DNA of 63,475 nt, counting the filler, from Octopus bimaculoides (Eukaryota): assembly GCF_001194135.2 (NCBI RefSeq). It is 7 parts of 7 records of this genome, joined end to end, with 100 filler letters (N's around TTAATTAATTAA, not from the genome) between each part and the next. Parts side by side here need not be neighbours in the genome. Positions count along the whole stretch, not along the records: positions 1 to 20,529 come from NC_068985.1; positions 20,630 to 33,238 come from NC_068999.1; 5 more parts are not named here. The stretch is one strand, 5' to 3'. Numbering within the stretch: the first letter of the stretch is position 1; each line of letters opens with the position of its first letter. The notes below the pieces were generated by a model. That model worked only from the letters and a program-made list of their open reading frames with translations. It had not been told where the DNA came from and searched no databases. Below, piece by piece: positions 12,458-24,977 of this stretch. The position numbers and the translations under genes are program-made.

Positions 12458-12600
12458 GCGACAGGCTTCTTTCAATTTCCGTCTACCAAATCCGCGCACA
12501 AGGCTTTCGTCGACCTGAGGTTGCAGTAGATGACACTCGCCCAAGGTGCCAAGTAGTGGGACTGAACCCTGAACTCACGCACCCACTCCTGCGCCTATAT
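12260..12600 (-). mobile_element. SINE (internal-microsatellite family), partly deleted
   Basis: ggcttctttcaatttccgtctaccaaatcc..gacactcgcccaaggtgcc..cactcctgcgcctata. Confidence 0.8.
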
Positions 12601-12991
12601 ACATATGTTCTTCTGTTAATGGCCGAAATATTTGCCTAAGATACAGTTCCCTTTGGTGAAGACCTGCTATTCAGCTCCTTTGAGGGTTTATTCGCACTTA
12701 TATATATATATATATATATTATTACGTCTGGGAGGAGTCATTCTCTTTTACTGCATTTATATATTTAACACACTCACCGGTATCAACTCATTTACTTATA
12801 TGTAAGCATGTTACTATTGTTGTGCATGTTACTATTTGAGTTATGTATAGCTTAAATAATGGGTTTTCGCAACAAGCACTATGAAACAGAAAGTAAAATA
12901 TGTAAAACTTAAATGAAGAATGGCCTATGTCCTGTCTAACTTAATAGAACCACCAAAAATATGTATAAGAAAATATGCTAGCAAATATATA

Positions 12992-13212
12992 CAGGATGGC
13001 CCAAAAGTAGGTTTACAGTTATCACGTATGCACTTTAAATTTCTTTTGAAAATATTTTATTACATTTAAACTTCTATCATGCAATTAAATAAATTAGCAT
13101 AGAGTAATGGTTTCATATTTTTTTAATAATTAAGATCTAAGATCTAAACCGTTAATATATGAATGCGAAAGAAATCGTTGAATAACTGTAAACCTACTTT
13201 TGCACCACCCTG
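12992..13212. mobile_element. Tc1/mariner-type MITE, 221 bp
   Basis: TIRs CAGGATGGCCCAAAAGTAGGTTTACAGTTAT and ATAACTGTAAACCTACTTTTGCACCACCCTG, flanked by TA on both sides. Confidence 0.85.
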
Positions 13213-13636
13213 TATGTACATATATATATAGGTGATTTAAGTAAATATTCTCTGGACAAGTACATATGGTTATCATGACTTCGTGCAAAATACTTGGGCA
13301 GTATATATATCGCCAGTGTATATATCCAAGAACTGTATAGTGTTTTCCATGATAAAATCGATTTTTCTTCACTTATATCATTAGATGCCTTCGGCTGAAA
13401 TATCGGACATACCTTTTTAATGGTTAATGTTTTGTAGATAATATAAACAACAAATTCAACAACAAACTTGAAACGGTAATTTTCTTAATATTTCAATTAA
13501 TATTGTAGAAGTTGTATATGTGGGTAAGCAATCGAGTGATATTTCGCAGCCTCAAACAAGACTGACAAATCTCTTACACAGGACAAAGCTTAAGGCCTAC
13601 TCAGGATTGACATTAACTCCCTTGTTTATCTTCTTG

Positions 13637-13674
<38 letters not shown>

Positions 13675-13740
13675 CAAGAAGATAAACAATACACAATGTA
13701 TGTGTGTGTGTGTGTGCGTGTGTGTGTGTGTGTGTGTGTA

Positions 13741-14113
13741 TGTTGTTGTGGTTGGCACTCCGTCGCTTACGACGTCGAGGGTTCCAGTTGATCCGATCAA
13801 CGGAACACCCTCCTCGTGAAATTAACGTGCAAGTGGCTGAGCACTCCACAGACACATGTACCCTTAACGTAGTTCTCGGGGATATTCAGCGTGACACTGT
13901 GACAAAGCTGACCCTTTGAATTACAGGCACAACAGAAACAGGAAGTAAGAGTGAGAGAAAGTTGTGGGGGAGGAGTACAGCAGGGTTGGGAGCCTCGTGG
14001 AGTTTTAGGTGTTTTCGCTCAATAAACACTCACAACGCCCGGTCTGGGAATCGAAACCGTGATCCTATGACCGCGAGTCCGCTGCCCTAACCACTAGGCC
14101 ATTGCGCCTCCAC
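13741..14113 (-). mobile_element. Full-length tRNA-derived SINE
   Basis: Reverse complement of 10928-11317. Confidence 0.9.
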
Positions 14114-14804
14114 ATGTGTGTATGTATGTATAAATTTATAAACATGTGTGTGTTCATGTACGTGTATGTATGTATGTATGCATGTATGCATGCATGCATG
14201 TATAAACTGAATTAATTACGGGCGAGATGTTTTAAGCGGCACTTTCTTTTCCCCTGAAGTCATGTCACCTTTATTGGGTAACAAGTGACAGCGACAAAGA
14301 CAATGTCTATCACAAATTCTATTTTCTTTAAGCCCGGAAAACAGGTGATTCCTTTTTGTCTATTAACAAACAAACCAATATTTATTGTAGTTTTCTACAC
14401 ATAGAGAATATATTGGTGATAGTTTCTATGATGTTTCAAATTTCTTGTTTCCTTCTGGTGAATCGCAAACTTACTTATCGAAGGGAAATGGAGAATTTTA
14501 GGTTAGATGGCTTCTAAAGCGGAACAGGATTATACCGGAAGTAGAGTTTTAACCGGATATTGAAACCAAACTCTTGTAGAATAGCTGCCATCATATGTTT
14601 TGATTTACAATATATAACAAAACATGCAATAGATTGATAGTTCCTTCATAAAATCACAAATATATATTTGTGCTTGAATTCAAAACACAAATGTCCGTTG
14701 TGCTTGAATTCCTATCAGATCTAATTAATTGATAATTCACAAATGGTTCTATGTTTATTAATGATGTTCGAATTGATGTTATTGACGAAGTGGTTAATCT
14801 TTTA

Positions 14805-15195
14805 CTTGTTTCAGTCATTTCACTGTGGCCATGCTGGAGCACCGCCTTTAGTCGTGCAACTCAACACCATGACTTATTCTTTGTAAGCCTAGTACTTATT
14901 CTATCGGTCTCTTTTGCCGAACCGCTAAGTTACGGGGACGTAAACACACCAGCATCGGTTATCAAGCACACAGCATCGGTTATCAGGCACACAAACACAC
15001 ACACACATATATATATATATACATATACATATATACGACGGGCTTCTTTCAGTTTCCTTCTACCAAATCCAATCACAAGGCTTTGGTCGGCCCGAGGTTA
15101 TAGAAGACACTTGCCCAAGGTGCCACGCAGTGGGACTGAACCCGGAACCATGTGACTGGTTAGCAAGCTACTTACCACACAGTTACTCCTGTGCC
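14805..15195 (-). mobile_element. Full-length SINE (internal-microsatellite family), CpG-rich copy
   Basis: gtttcagtcatttcactgtggccatgctggagc..cgacgggcttctttcagtttcc..tggtcggcccgagg..gccacgcagtgggactgaacccggaacc..ctcctgtgcctata. Confidence 0.9.
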
Positions 15196-16589
15196 TATAT
15201 ATGGTTGTTTATCTCCAGCTCAGCCCTGATCAAATAGAACTATGAGGAATATTAGCGCCAGTTGTTAGGTTCTTCTCTCCTTTACAGTTCATTTTAGGAG
15301 AGCTAAATTGGTCGGAAAATCCTTCCTATATTTGAAACAGCACTTTGTGAAGTATGGCAGATAATCCAGTGTGCTGAAGGTTGAGGGACAGCTTAAATGC
15401 CTTTAGCTTGAATATATTCCTAATAAGAAAGAATGGTGTGGTGGACACTATAAAGAGATTGGTATTCTCTGCAAATGCGATTTTAGTCCTTTTACCAAGA
15501 GAAATGAAGCAGACTTTTTTATATCATGTGACATCACCGATCTCATGATCTTTGTTCTCCCTGATGTACCGAGTCTTACCAAACCGCAGTTTGTTGTTAT
15601 AGTTCATAAAACATTCAAAATAGTTTTGACGGATTAGCAATACGCAACGGTAATATGAGCTTTATGAAGCTTGTATTACTTACTACGTGGTACTCCCATC
15701 GACTCCCAAAGTCAGCTCTTCTTGAACTCCTCGGGTTGTCTTAGATCCATTGTCGGGTATACAACTTCAGTAAAAGGAGAATTCGAAATTGTTGAAGTGT
15801 TGTTCTGTGCGAAATGTTCTCGGATACATTTCAACACTTATTTTATCACGAAAGAGCAAAGTGAGGCTGAACTGGTGCATACAGAAGGAACACAGCTGAT
15901 TTGAGCATTGATAGTTTCTACATATGGATTGTTATCCATACAGGCCAATTCTGCATAACTGATCTTAGCATCATCATCTTGTCGCATCTTCTCCATACAT
16001 CAAATTTGTTTTCAGGCCAGGTAATATTCTTTTAGTTCTGATGGAACCGCTGCGCAAAGAGATTGTGACAATTCTTCACTTTCTAACATTTTCATTTAAG
16101 CCTCTTTCGATTTACAAGGGAATGAATTATGATATCCAGTCAGTCATATTTTTGGCATTGATCAATGCCTCTTTTATCTACTCGGCATGTTAGGAAAATG
16201 TCGCTCCTACGTCGCCGGATGACATCTCGAAGATTAATGTACTTCTTTACCCAAATACTCTCCTCTGTTTATTCATTTAAAATTAAAACTTCCCGTTTTA
16301 TTTTAGCATACATAGGCATAAGAGTGTGGTAAGTACCTTGCTTATGACCCNNNNNNNNNNNNNNNNNNNNNNNNNNNNNNNNNNNNNNNNNNNNNNNNNN
16401 NNNNNNNNNNNNNNNNNNNNNNNNNNNNNNNNNNNNNNNNNNNNNNNNNNNNNNNNNNNNNNNNNNNNNNNNNNNNNNNNNNNNNNNNNNNNNNNNNNNN
16501 NNNNNNNNNNNNNNNNNNNNNNNNNNNNNNNNNNNNNNNNNNNNNNNNNNNNNNNNNNNNNNNNNNNNNNNNNNNNNNNNNNNNNNNNN

Positions 16590-16755
16590 TGTGTGTGTGT
16601 GTGTGTCTGTGTTTGTCCCCCACCCCAACATCGCTTGACAACTGATGCTGGTGTGTTTATGTCCCCGTATACGAATAAGTCCCGGGGTTGATTTACTCGA
16701 CTAAAGGCAGTGCTCCAGCACGGCCACCGTCAAATGACTGAAACAAGTAAAAGAA
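16590..16755 (+). mobile_element. SINE 3' part (5' part lies in the N gap)
   Basis: tgtttgtccc..atcgcttgacaac.gatgctggtgtgtttatgtcccc..gtcaaatgactgaaacaagtaaaag. Confidence 0.8.
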
Positions 16756-16789
16756 TAAAAGTAAAACAATGCATATTTTCCTGAAATGT

Positions 16790-17458
16790 CAGGCTACGTT
16801 TTTTGAGTTGCAGGATATTTTCAAAGAACATCGGAATTTAAAAAAAGACATGATTTCATTCTGTTTCAAAAGCATATCACAAACAGTGTATCGGTCCAAG
16901 CAATTCTTTTCTGAGAACTTGTGAGGGTGCTATACATTAAAGCGAGAAATGTATCCTCGTTTCAATAGCGGTTCACGGGTCGTACTTTTAAACACTTCTA
17001 ACTCGTCTGCAAGTTCTCTAATCATGCTATTTGTGTTTTCTTCGGTTTTTGCCTTGAAACATCTTCATCCAATTTTGAAGGTCTTCCAGTGTGACTGTCA
17101 TCTTCCAAGCTAAACTCTGCAGCTTTAAATTTTGCAAACCACCTTGGAACAGTTGATTCACCTACAGCATCATCATCATCATAAACTTCACAGATGCTTT
17201 TCTAAGACTTTGCAGCATTTTCTCCTTTTTTGTAAAAGAAAAGAATTACAAGGCGAATACGAAATTTTTGGTTACCCATTTCAAATGTCAATAAAGGGTA
17301 ACCGGAATGAAAGACAAATCTATTTTTAGGCAGGAAAAAGAGATGCACTACCACTTCAAGAAATGCCTAAATTTTAACTGTGCTACCTTTCGGGTGTGTT
17401 CAATGAAGCGTTAAAAGATTTAGCTTTGAAACTCTCAGAACATTGCAGAAACCTAATA
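16790..17458 (-). mobile_element. mariner element 5' fragment (TIR plus HTH region of the transposase)
   Basis: MGNQKFRIRLVILFFYKKGENAAKS*KSICEVYDDD.AVGESTVPRWFAKFK..FSLEDDSHTGRPS. The terminus reads TATTAGGTTTCTGCAA on the minus strand. Confidence 0.85.
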
Positions 17459-18015
17459 CATATTTATGTGTATATGGAAAAAATATGTGTGTAGTATTTA
17501 GGAAGGAATGTGGGAGAACCGTGTCTTTCAAACAAAATCCTTTGCGATATTTGTTCTGCATAGAATTACACATGCATTCCCTATCATTGTAGCTGCAGGG
17601 CATACAAAGAAACGGTCACTAGATCGATTATGACCTGTCGCTAACAGACTTATTGTTCACTAATTGTATTATAGAATATTAAATTTCGTAATAATTGTAT
17701 TTTTAATGAAATTTAATGAAATGTTTTCTTTCGTAATTAGATTATCCTGTATGTGATATCCCTTCAGCAACAGTAATATAATTGTAGAACCAATTACGAA
17801 AAATACAGAAATTTTACTCTCAATCAATCGGAAGTTCAACCAAAAACTAACTTTAATTGTGGACAAATAATCAACAATAAGAAAAGAATACCTGTAAGGC
17901 ATAGTTCATCGAATGATAGAATACTGAATACAAAAATTAATTCGTATTTGTTATGTAGAAGTAGAAACAGAGAATGAAAATGGGTACAAGAAACGAATGC
18001 ACATACAAAATTTCT

Positions 18016-18061
<46 letters not shown>

Positions 18062-19500
18062 NNNNNNNNNNNNNNNNNNNNNNNNNNNNNNNNNNNNNNN
18101 NNNNNNNNNNNNNNNNNNNNNNNNNNNNNNNNNNNNNNNNNNNNNNNNNNNNNNNNNNNNNNNNNNNNNNNNNNNNNNNNNNNNNNNNNNNNNNNNNNNN
18201 NNNNNNNNNNNNNNNNNNNNNNNNNNNNNNNNNNNNNNNNNNNNNNNNNNNNNNNNNNNNNNNNNNNNNNNNNNNNNNNNNNNNNNNNNNNNNNNNNNNN
18301 NNNNNNNNNNNNNNNNNNNNNNNNNNNNNNNNNNNNNNNNNNNNNNNNNNNNNNNNNNNNNNNNNNNNNNNNNNNNNNNNNNNNNNNNNNNNNNNNNNNN
18401 NNNNNNNNNNNNNNNNNNNNNNNNNNNNNNNNNNNNNNNNNNNNNNNNNNNNNNNNNNNNNNNNNNNNNNNNNNNNNNNNNNNNNNNNNNNNNNNNNNNN
18501 NNNNNNNNNNNNNNNNNNNNNNNNNNNNNNNNNNNNNNNNNNNNNNNNNNNNNNNNNNNNNNNNNNNNNNNNNNNNNNNNNNNNNNNNNNNNNNNNNNNN
18601 NNNNNNNNNNNNNNNNNNNNNNNNNNNNNNNNNNNNNNNNNNNNNNNNNNNNNNNNNNNNNNNNNNNNNNNNNNNNNNNNNNNNNNNNNNNNNNNNNNNN
18701 NNNNNNNNNNNNNNNNNNNNNNNNNNNNNNNNNNNNNNNNNNNNNNNNNNNNNNNNNNNNNNNATATATATATATATATATAAATGGAGTTAAACGCAGG
18801 TGTTATTCAAATTATTTTACTTCCGACATATGTATATGTTTCAAAGATATCACTGGTATTATTGCAAAGGAATAAAATGGTGTAATATAATCTTCTCTTC
18901 GGGGAAATGAAGGAATGAAACTCATCAATAAGACCTTTTAACAGAATATGATGGATGTGTATAGTGATTAACTGAATGCTAACAATTTTGTTTTAACAAA
19001 ACATTAGAGGATATAACGTCAAAAGTATCCTATAGAAAGAGGAGGGGTAAAGGAAAGAAAAGAAAACAACAAATAAATGAGAAGTATATAACGATATGTA
19101 AATTAAATAAAACCCTATAGTCTTGGAAGAAGATATATCTAGTGAATGTGTAATCTAAGAAGAAAATTAATGTTTAAATTATATATAATGAGAGATATCA
19201 CTTATAGAACTAAAGGTGCATTTCTTCCAATGTTTATATCGGTATGTACGCTCTATAACCGTGTTTACAAGCGGATTTTTAGAAAAAAAGAATATAAAAT
19301 AGTTCAGAATTACAGAGACGACAAAATTCCTTGCCTTTATCACAAGGTATCGAAATTGAGAGAATCAACCAATCTAAATTAAATTGTTTATTGTGGTCTT
19401 TTAGACAGCAAATTAATTTTTCCCTATTTCCCCATCGGTATTCTCCTTTAATGTATCAATTTATTTTATTCAACCTTTATTGATGTCCTTCCAAAAATTC

Positions 19501-19606
19501 CTCACACTGATGAGAATGACAATGCATAAATTTAATTATAATTACTATGATTATAACTTTTTTCTTATATATTTGTATTGTCTTTGAAACGTGCGCATGT
19601 ATTGAA
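19501..19606 (+). ncRNA. Degenerate hammerhead-like motif with extended stem II
   Basis: CTGATGA at 19507, long stem II (GACAATGCATAAAT/ATTTGTATTGTC), GAAAC at 19586, palindromic helix III ACGTGCGCATGT and a GTA triplet. Stem I pairs poorly. Confidence 0.45.
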
Positions 19607-19838
19607 TCCAATTTTGTATTAAATCTAATCTTGATTTAACATATTCTTCTCCTCCATTGTTTATATCTTGTTTACTTTATATATAACTATAACGATATTT
19701 TTCAACTATTATTTTCATATTCCTATTATTTGCTCTGGCTGTTTTTTATGAATATCCGGAATCTTCATTAGAAATCATTATGTTTCTTTTTTGGGATCTC
19801 TCAAAAAGTTTCAATTGTTTTTTAGAACTTATTTCCTT

Positions 19839-19871
<33 letters not shown>

Positions 19872-20242
19872 TCACACACACACACACATATATATATGGG
19901 TGAATGTATGTATAAGTATACGTATGTTTATAATGGACTCTCTTGTCGGTTTCGACGTACATGGATCCAATAATATATTCCCATTATTCACCTTGGAAAT
20001 GACATTTCAATCCCAGAAATCAGTTCACATATTGTGCAAGAGTGTGTATAAAGGGGGAAATTTCGCTATTACTCTTAATAGATAATTTCATTTCCCTCTT
20101 GAGTCTTGTAGTTCCATGATTTCAAGTTATGTTGTATTGAGAAGCCCTTAAAATGGGCGAAATGGCACTATGTGCCACCAATGTGAGTATATGGAAATCT
20201 TGTTTCAAATGCTCTCACTCATAAGAATATGAAAAATACCTC

Positions 20243-20308
<66 letters not shown>
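20243..20308. repeat. (AAT)n microsatellite
   Basis: Directly visible. Confidence 0.95.
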
Positions 20309-20311
<3 letters not shown>

Positions 20312-20529
20312 GCCACAAAACGCGAGCAAAACAAAAAACTGTTTTCAGTATTTAAGGAAGCCGACAAATACAAACAAGAAATCAATCTACCTAACAAATA
20401 CGAAGAAGAAGAAGAAGAAACAACAAAAGCTATAAAACAAATGAAATCCAAACTAAAACTAGTACAGCAACGGACCATGATAAAACGATGGCAAGAAAAG
20501 CCCCTACATGGTAAATACTGGGCTAAACT
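20309..20529 (+). mobile_element. RLE-type (HERO-like) LINE fragment
   Basis: Open frame ..KQMKSKLKLVQQRTMIKRWQEKPLHGKYWAKL with the W..KPLHG.Y motif that follows the RT in this group. Starts directly after (AAT)n and runs into a gap. Confidence 0.75.
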
Positions 20530-20629
20530 NNNNNNNNNNNNNNNNNNNNNNNNNNNNNNNNNNNNNNNNNNNNTTAATTAATTAANNNNNNNNNNNNNNN
20601 NNNNNNNNNNNNNNNNNNNNNNNNNNNNN
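20530..20629. other. Artificial 100-bp scaffold spacer (44 N + TTAATTAATTAA + 44 N); same spacer at 33283, 40678, 47042, 53854, 61589
   Basis: Identical 12-mer centred in N runs of fixed total length, six times. It gives stops in all frames. Confidence 0.95.
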
Positions 20630-20979
20630 GTGTATGCTATACTATTGTCATTTACATTTTGAGGACACTTTCTGGGACGTACAGACGGAAGCGCTCTTAC
20701 AAAAGATACTGTTTATGGCCTATTCATAAATCTCTTTGCAGAACGAGTATGTTGAATTGCTTTCCACAATATCAATAGATGCTGCAAACTGTGATCAAAA
20801 GTGATCAAATTCTTGGTCAAGCCACCAAGAACAACCAGGCTATTGCTAATAGATAACGAGATTAGATGTAGAGGTTTAATATAAGTGGTATAAAAGTAGC
20901 TGAGACAGAGCAGTTGAGCCTTACAAAGATGACAAAGGATCAGGATATATGGTGCTGGGCTGTGTACTCGAGATGATCC

Positions 20980-21235
20980 ATCTGCGACTGAAGAATTGAT
21001 ACCGGCACTGGTGCCAGCGTTGAAAGCACCCAGCATACTCTGTGGAGTGGTCAATGTTAGTAAGGGTACTCGGCCATGGAAATTGTGTCAGAATAGACAA
21101 TGGAGCCTGGTGCAGCCCCCAGACAGCATGAAAAATGGATGTTAAATAATAATACACACATGTGAATGTATTTTATGTATTTAAATACTCAGCAGATGTT
21201 TTGGCCAAAGGTCTTGTCAAGTGTGATAGTCTAAA
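20980..21235 (+). mobile_element. Possible highly decayed Copia RNase H remnant
   Basis: SATEELIPAL..ALK, IDNGA, KMDV and ADVLAKGL occur in the order expected for STTEAEY..DN.GA..KHIDV..ADILTKGL. Confidence 0.3.
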
Positions 21236-21242
21236 CTGTGTT

Positions 21243-21273
<31 letters not shown>

Positions 21274-21714
21274 CACACATTTAATCCTAGCTATCGATTC
21301 AATATCGATCATGCTGGAAACTTTACAGTAGGTCAATATGTATTTAAGGGTGATAATACTGAAACGGTTCGTCTCAGTTACCAATTCTTTGTAATATATC
21401 TTTGTGATCACATGTCTCTGTAAACTTAATGGTCAAAATATTTGAAGTATTCTTTGTGGTTGAATTAAATTCACTCAGGTGTTAATAATTAAGTTAATAT
21501 GGGTTTCAATTAAAAAGTACAAATCCTGGACAGTTAATTGTCAGGACTGTCAATGGTCCAGGTAAGGTTCTTTGTATTCTGACAGGAAACCCCGTGATGG
21601 TGCCAAGCTGTATCAACCCAAGTCAACAACTTTTCCTTTGGATAAACATTTTTGTGAAGGTGACTTGTGTACATGAGCAGCTGCTAGCCTTTCAAAATTA
21701 GAAAAAATCTTGCC

Positions 21715-22050
21715 CAAGCATGGCTGTGTGGTAAGAAGTTTGTTTTCCAACCACTAGTTTCCAAGTTCAGTCTCATTGTGTTGTGCCTTGGGTTAGTGGT
21801 TTCTATTATAACCTCAACCAACCAAAGCCTTATGAGTAGATTTGGTTGACCAAAACTGAAGGAAGTCCATATATGTCTGTTGGTGTGTTTGCATCCCTGT
21901 AAACTTCGTGGTTTAGCAAGAGACCAAAAGAATTTATACCAGGCTTAGGGGGCGAAAAAGTATGTAAGTACTGGAGTTAATTTGACTTGGCCCTTGAAGG
22001 AAGTGCCCCAAAATGACAGCAGTCTGATGAATGAAGCAGGTGAAGGAATA
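21715..22050 (+). mobile_element. SINE (internal-microsatellite family), CpG-decayed copy
   Basis: gcatggctgtgtggtaagaag..accaaagccttatgagtagatttggttgaccaaaactgaaggaagtcc. Confidence 0.75.
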
Positions 22051-23339
22051 GATAAAAGAAGTCTACAGGTGTACAAGTAGATGCATAATCAACCTTGACC
22101 AATGGAGTCCACCCAGGCCAAAGTAGTGAATTACTAAAATCTTTAGGTCAGACATGGTGTTTTGTATATCTGTTCTGGCTCTCTATATGTTCAAAATTAA
22201 AATATGGTTTTCTATCACTAGTCTTTTCGTAGCAANNNNNNNNNNNNNNNNNNNNNNNNNNNNNNNNNNNNNNNNNNNNNNNNNNNNNNNNNNNNNNNNN
22301 NNNNNNNNNNNNNNNNNNNNNNNNNNNNNNNNNNNNNNNNNNNNNNNNNNNNNNNNNNNNNNNNNNNCTATATGTTCAAAATTAAAATATGGTTTTCTAT
22401 CACTAGTCTTTTCGTAGCAAAAACAGAAAAAGCTCTTTGTGGGGCCCAGCTTGCAATGATAGGCTTTTTACTCCTAAGGTCACACAGAGCATCATGTCAA
22501 TCTCAGGAACATCAGTGCGAAAATGAGCAAACAATTGTACAATAAAACAAAGATGTATGCTTGGACAGGTATTTCCCATTTGAAAAGAAAGCAAGATATT
22601 TGACTGACTTGTCTACATGGCTCAAGCATCACACACACTATTACTTGTGTGTGTGTGTGAGAGAGAAATTGAGAAATTTTAACTTGGCATTTGACTCACA
22701 TCCTTATGTAGTCAGGTGATACTGGAAATCTCCCTTCAAATACATAGATCATGGTTTCCCCAGTAAGTCAGTTTGATCAAGTTCACATATGATCGAAGAC
22801 ATTCATTCTGTGACTACCTTTTATTTTTTCCCAGATCTGTTATATCCACAGCTATATTTTCCAGTGGTGTGTCTGTTTTTAAGATAGTTGGAAGTTTTGG
22901 TTGCTCTTTCTAGCAAGTTGAGCAACAAGTCATAACCTGAAGTGACTAGATTTTTTTTCTTCATCTTGCACATTGGACTGTGCTCATACTGGGCACTGCG
23001 TTAGCAGGTTTAGGTGAGCAAATTGACCCCAGTATTGTCATACATTTTTTCTCAGCCTGGTACTTATATTGGTTTGTTTACATCTCCCTAACACAGAGAC
23101 CAGTACCAGTTGTCAAGTTATGGTGGGACAACACACACATGACTGGCTACTTTGTTTCCACCCACCAAATTCACCAAATTCACTTGCAAGGCTTCGATTA
23201 GCTTTGGGCTATAGAAGACACTTGCCCAAACTTATCACAAAGCTTATATACTTTATATTTTTTTAATTTTATGAATGAAGCTTCTAGAATATGGTTTATT
23301 TTAACATAAGTCATCAAATTCATTGTCGCTTGTCAATAT

Positions 23340-23700
23340 CTGATATCCTCGTCGTTTTAATGTCTATTTTGAGCTTGCATGGATCAGTTTATTAAGGCTG
23401 ATTCTTCCTTGACTGGATACCCTTCCTGTCGTCAACTTTCACCTGTTTTCAAGCAACGTGATATTTCCACATGACCAGACATGTTTTTGCAAGAAATTGC
23501 AAACCAATTGCTTTCATTTACCATAATTACGTGATGTCAAGATAAGGAGACATGTGTTGTGGAATTTTGGTTTCCATATATTGAATCCACTCACAAGACT
23601 TTAGTTGACCTGGAGCTATAAAATACTTGCCCAAGGTCATACAGCAGGACCGAACCCAAAACCATGTGGTTGGGAAAGGAACTTCTGAACCATTCAGTCA
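23340..23700 (-). mobile_element. SINE with RTE-like 3' tail, decayed
   Basis: gtcgttttaatgtctatttt..gcttgcatggatca..acctgttttcaagca..atttccacatgaccagacatg, followed by acttgcccaaggtca..aaccatgtggttggg. Confidence 0.6.
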
Positions 23701-24928
23701 CACTTGTCACTGATAATTTTATCTGAATTGGCTTATGGAAGATAAGGGTTCAGTCCCCTGCTTGCAATATATATTAGGTGCAGATTGCATCAACTAACCA
23801 GCTGGAGGAGGCATTCTCCTGGGGTTAAAACGGTAGTAATTGTCCATTCCTATTGAAGTGGTGATAAGCATTACTCCTCAGTATAGTAACAGCTGTATGT
23901 TTGAGTTATTTTACATTGTATTTCAAGGCTTGTTGATACAAGTACCAAAAGACTTGTAAAAAGAAACGAAAATTTAAAAAATTTGCTTAGTCAGTTGGAA
24001 CAAGTCCTACATAAATTACCAGTTCTTTCTCTTTTCTCTGATTGGCCATCTCTCCCTCTCATCATTTCAGATGAAAAATTATAGGGTTGTTTCAACACTT
24101 GGTTCCACATGATAGAATTTCTAGAAAATCTTAAGAAAGAATAAAATGCCATAATCTCAAATGTGTACACATACATGTATACATGCACACATACACATGT
24201 ATGCACACACATATATACATCATATATATACATACATACAAATGTACGTATTTGTACTCGTACACACGATGTTGACTTTATTACAGTTCATGAAAATTAA
24301 TGGCATCAATCTCAGACTTAGGAAACACCGCAAATACCATGGGCCCTGCCGCTTCTCCTAGTAAAAAAAAAAGAAGTTAAATATATACATAAACACTTAT
24401 ATATAATATATAAACACTAAAGTATACGAACGGTGTGTGTGAAATGATTTACTTTACAAAGGGAAATAAACCAAGTCAGCTATTCACTCCTTCCCTAACG
24501 TCTTCTCCCCTCCACCCTACCGCACAGCACATTGTCAACTGTTTCAAACTTGTGGGGATTGGAATTCACAGCAGTTTTGAAGAATTCCTTGTAGACTTGT
24601 AAAGGAGCAAGGGTAGTGGAATAGCTGGGTAGTTCTCCATGCCTTCACTGCTTCTTAAACTCTATGACTATCACTCTCTCTCTCTCTCTCTCTCTCTTCC
24701 CTCCTATACACACATACACATTATTGTATGAGTGTTACATTGTCCTACTTTTTGGCAAATTTGCTGGGTGCTGCCAGACTGAGAACCCTGTTTTCTTTTA
24801 TTTATTAATTGTAGCCTTCTCTTTCTCCTCCTACCCCTGACTTGTTTTTTGAGTGTTTCTCAGTCTAGCCACGTTTTCCTTGGGTTTTTCTTCTAATAAA
24901 TGTGTGTGAATATTTTTATATATAATAT

Positions 24929-24977
<49 letters not shown>

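Noticed and set aside
17974-18875. Long ORFs in the track (also 39267-40186, 47871-48587, 60518-61265, 62108-62863)
   Set aside because: They are open only because they run through N gaps and dinucleotide repeats.
20137-20183. TTGAGAA-GCCC..GGGC-GAAA hammerhead-like motif
   Set aside because: The core has a deletion, the U16.1 position is not U, and stem I is absent.
20574-20585. Recurrent TTAATTAATTAA motif (six times)
   Set aside because: Always centred in a 100-bp N spacer, so it is an assembly linker and not biology.
22183-22420. 53-bp direct repeat on both sides of an N gap
   Set aside because: Exact contig-end overlap, typical of an unmerged gap.
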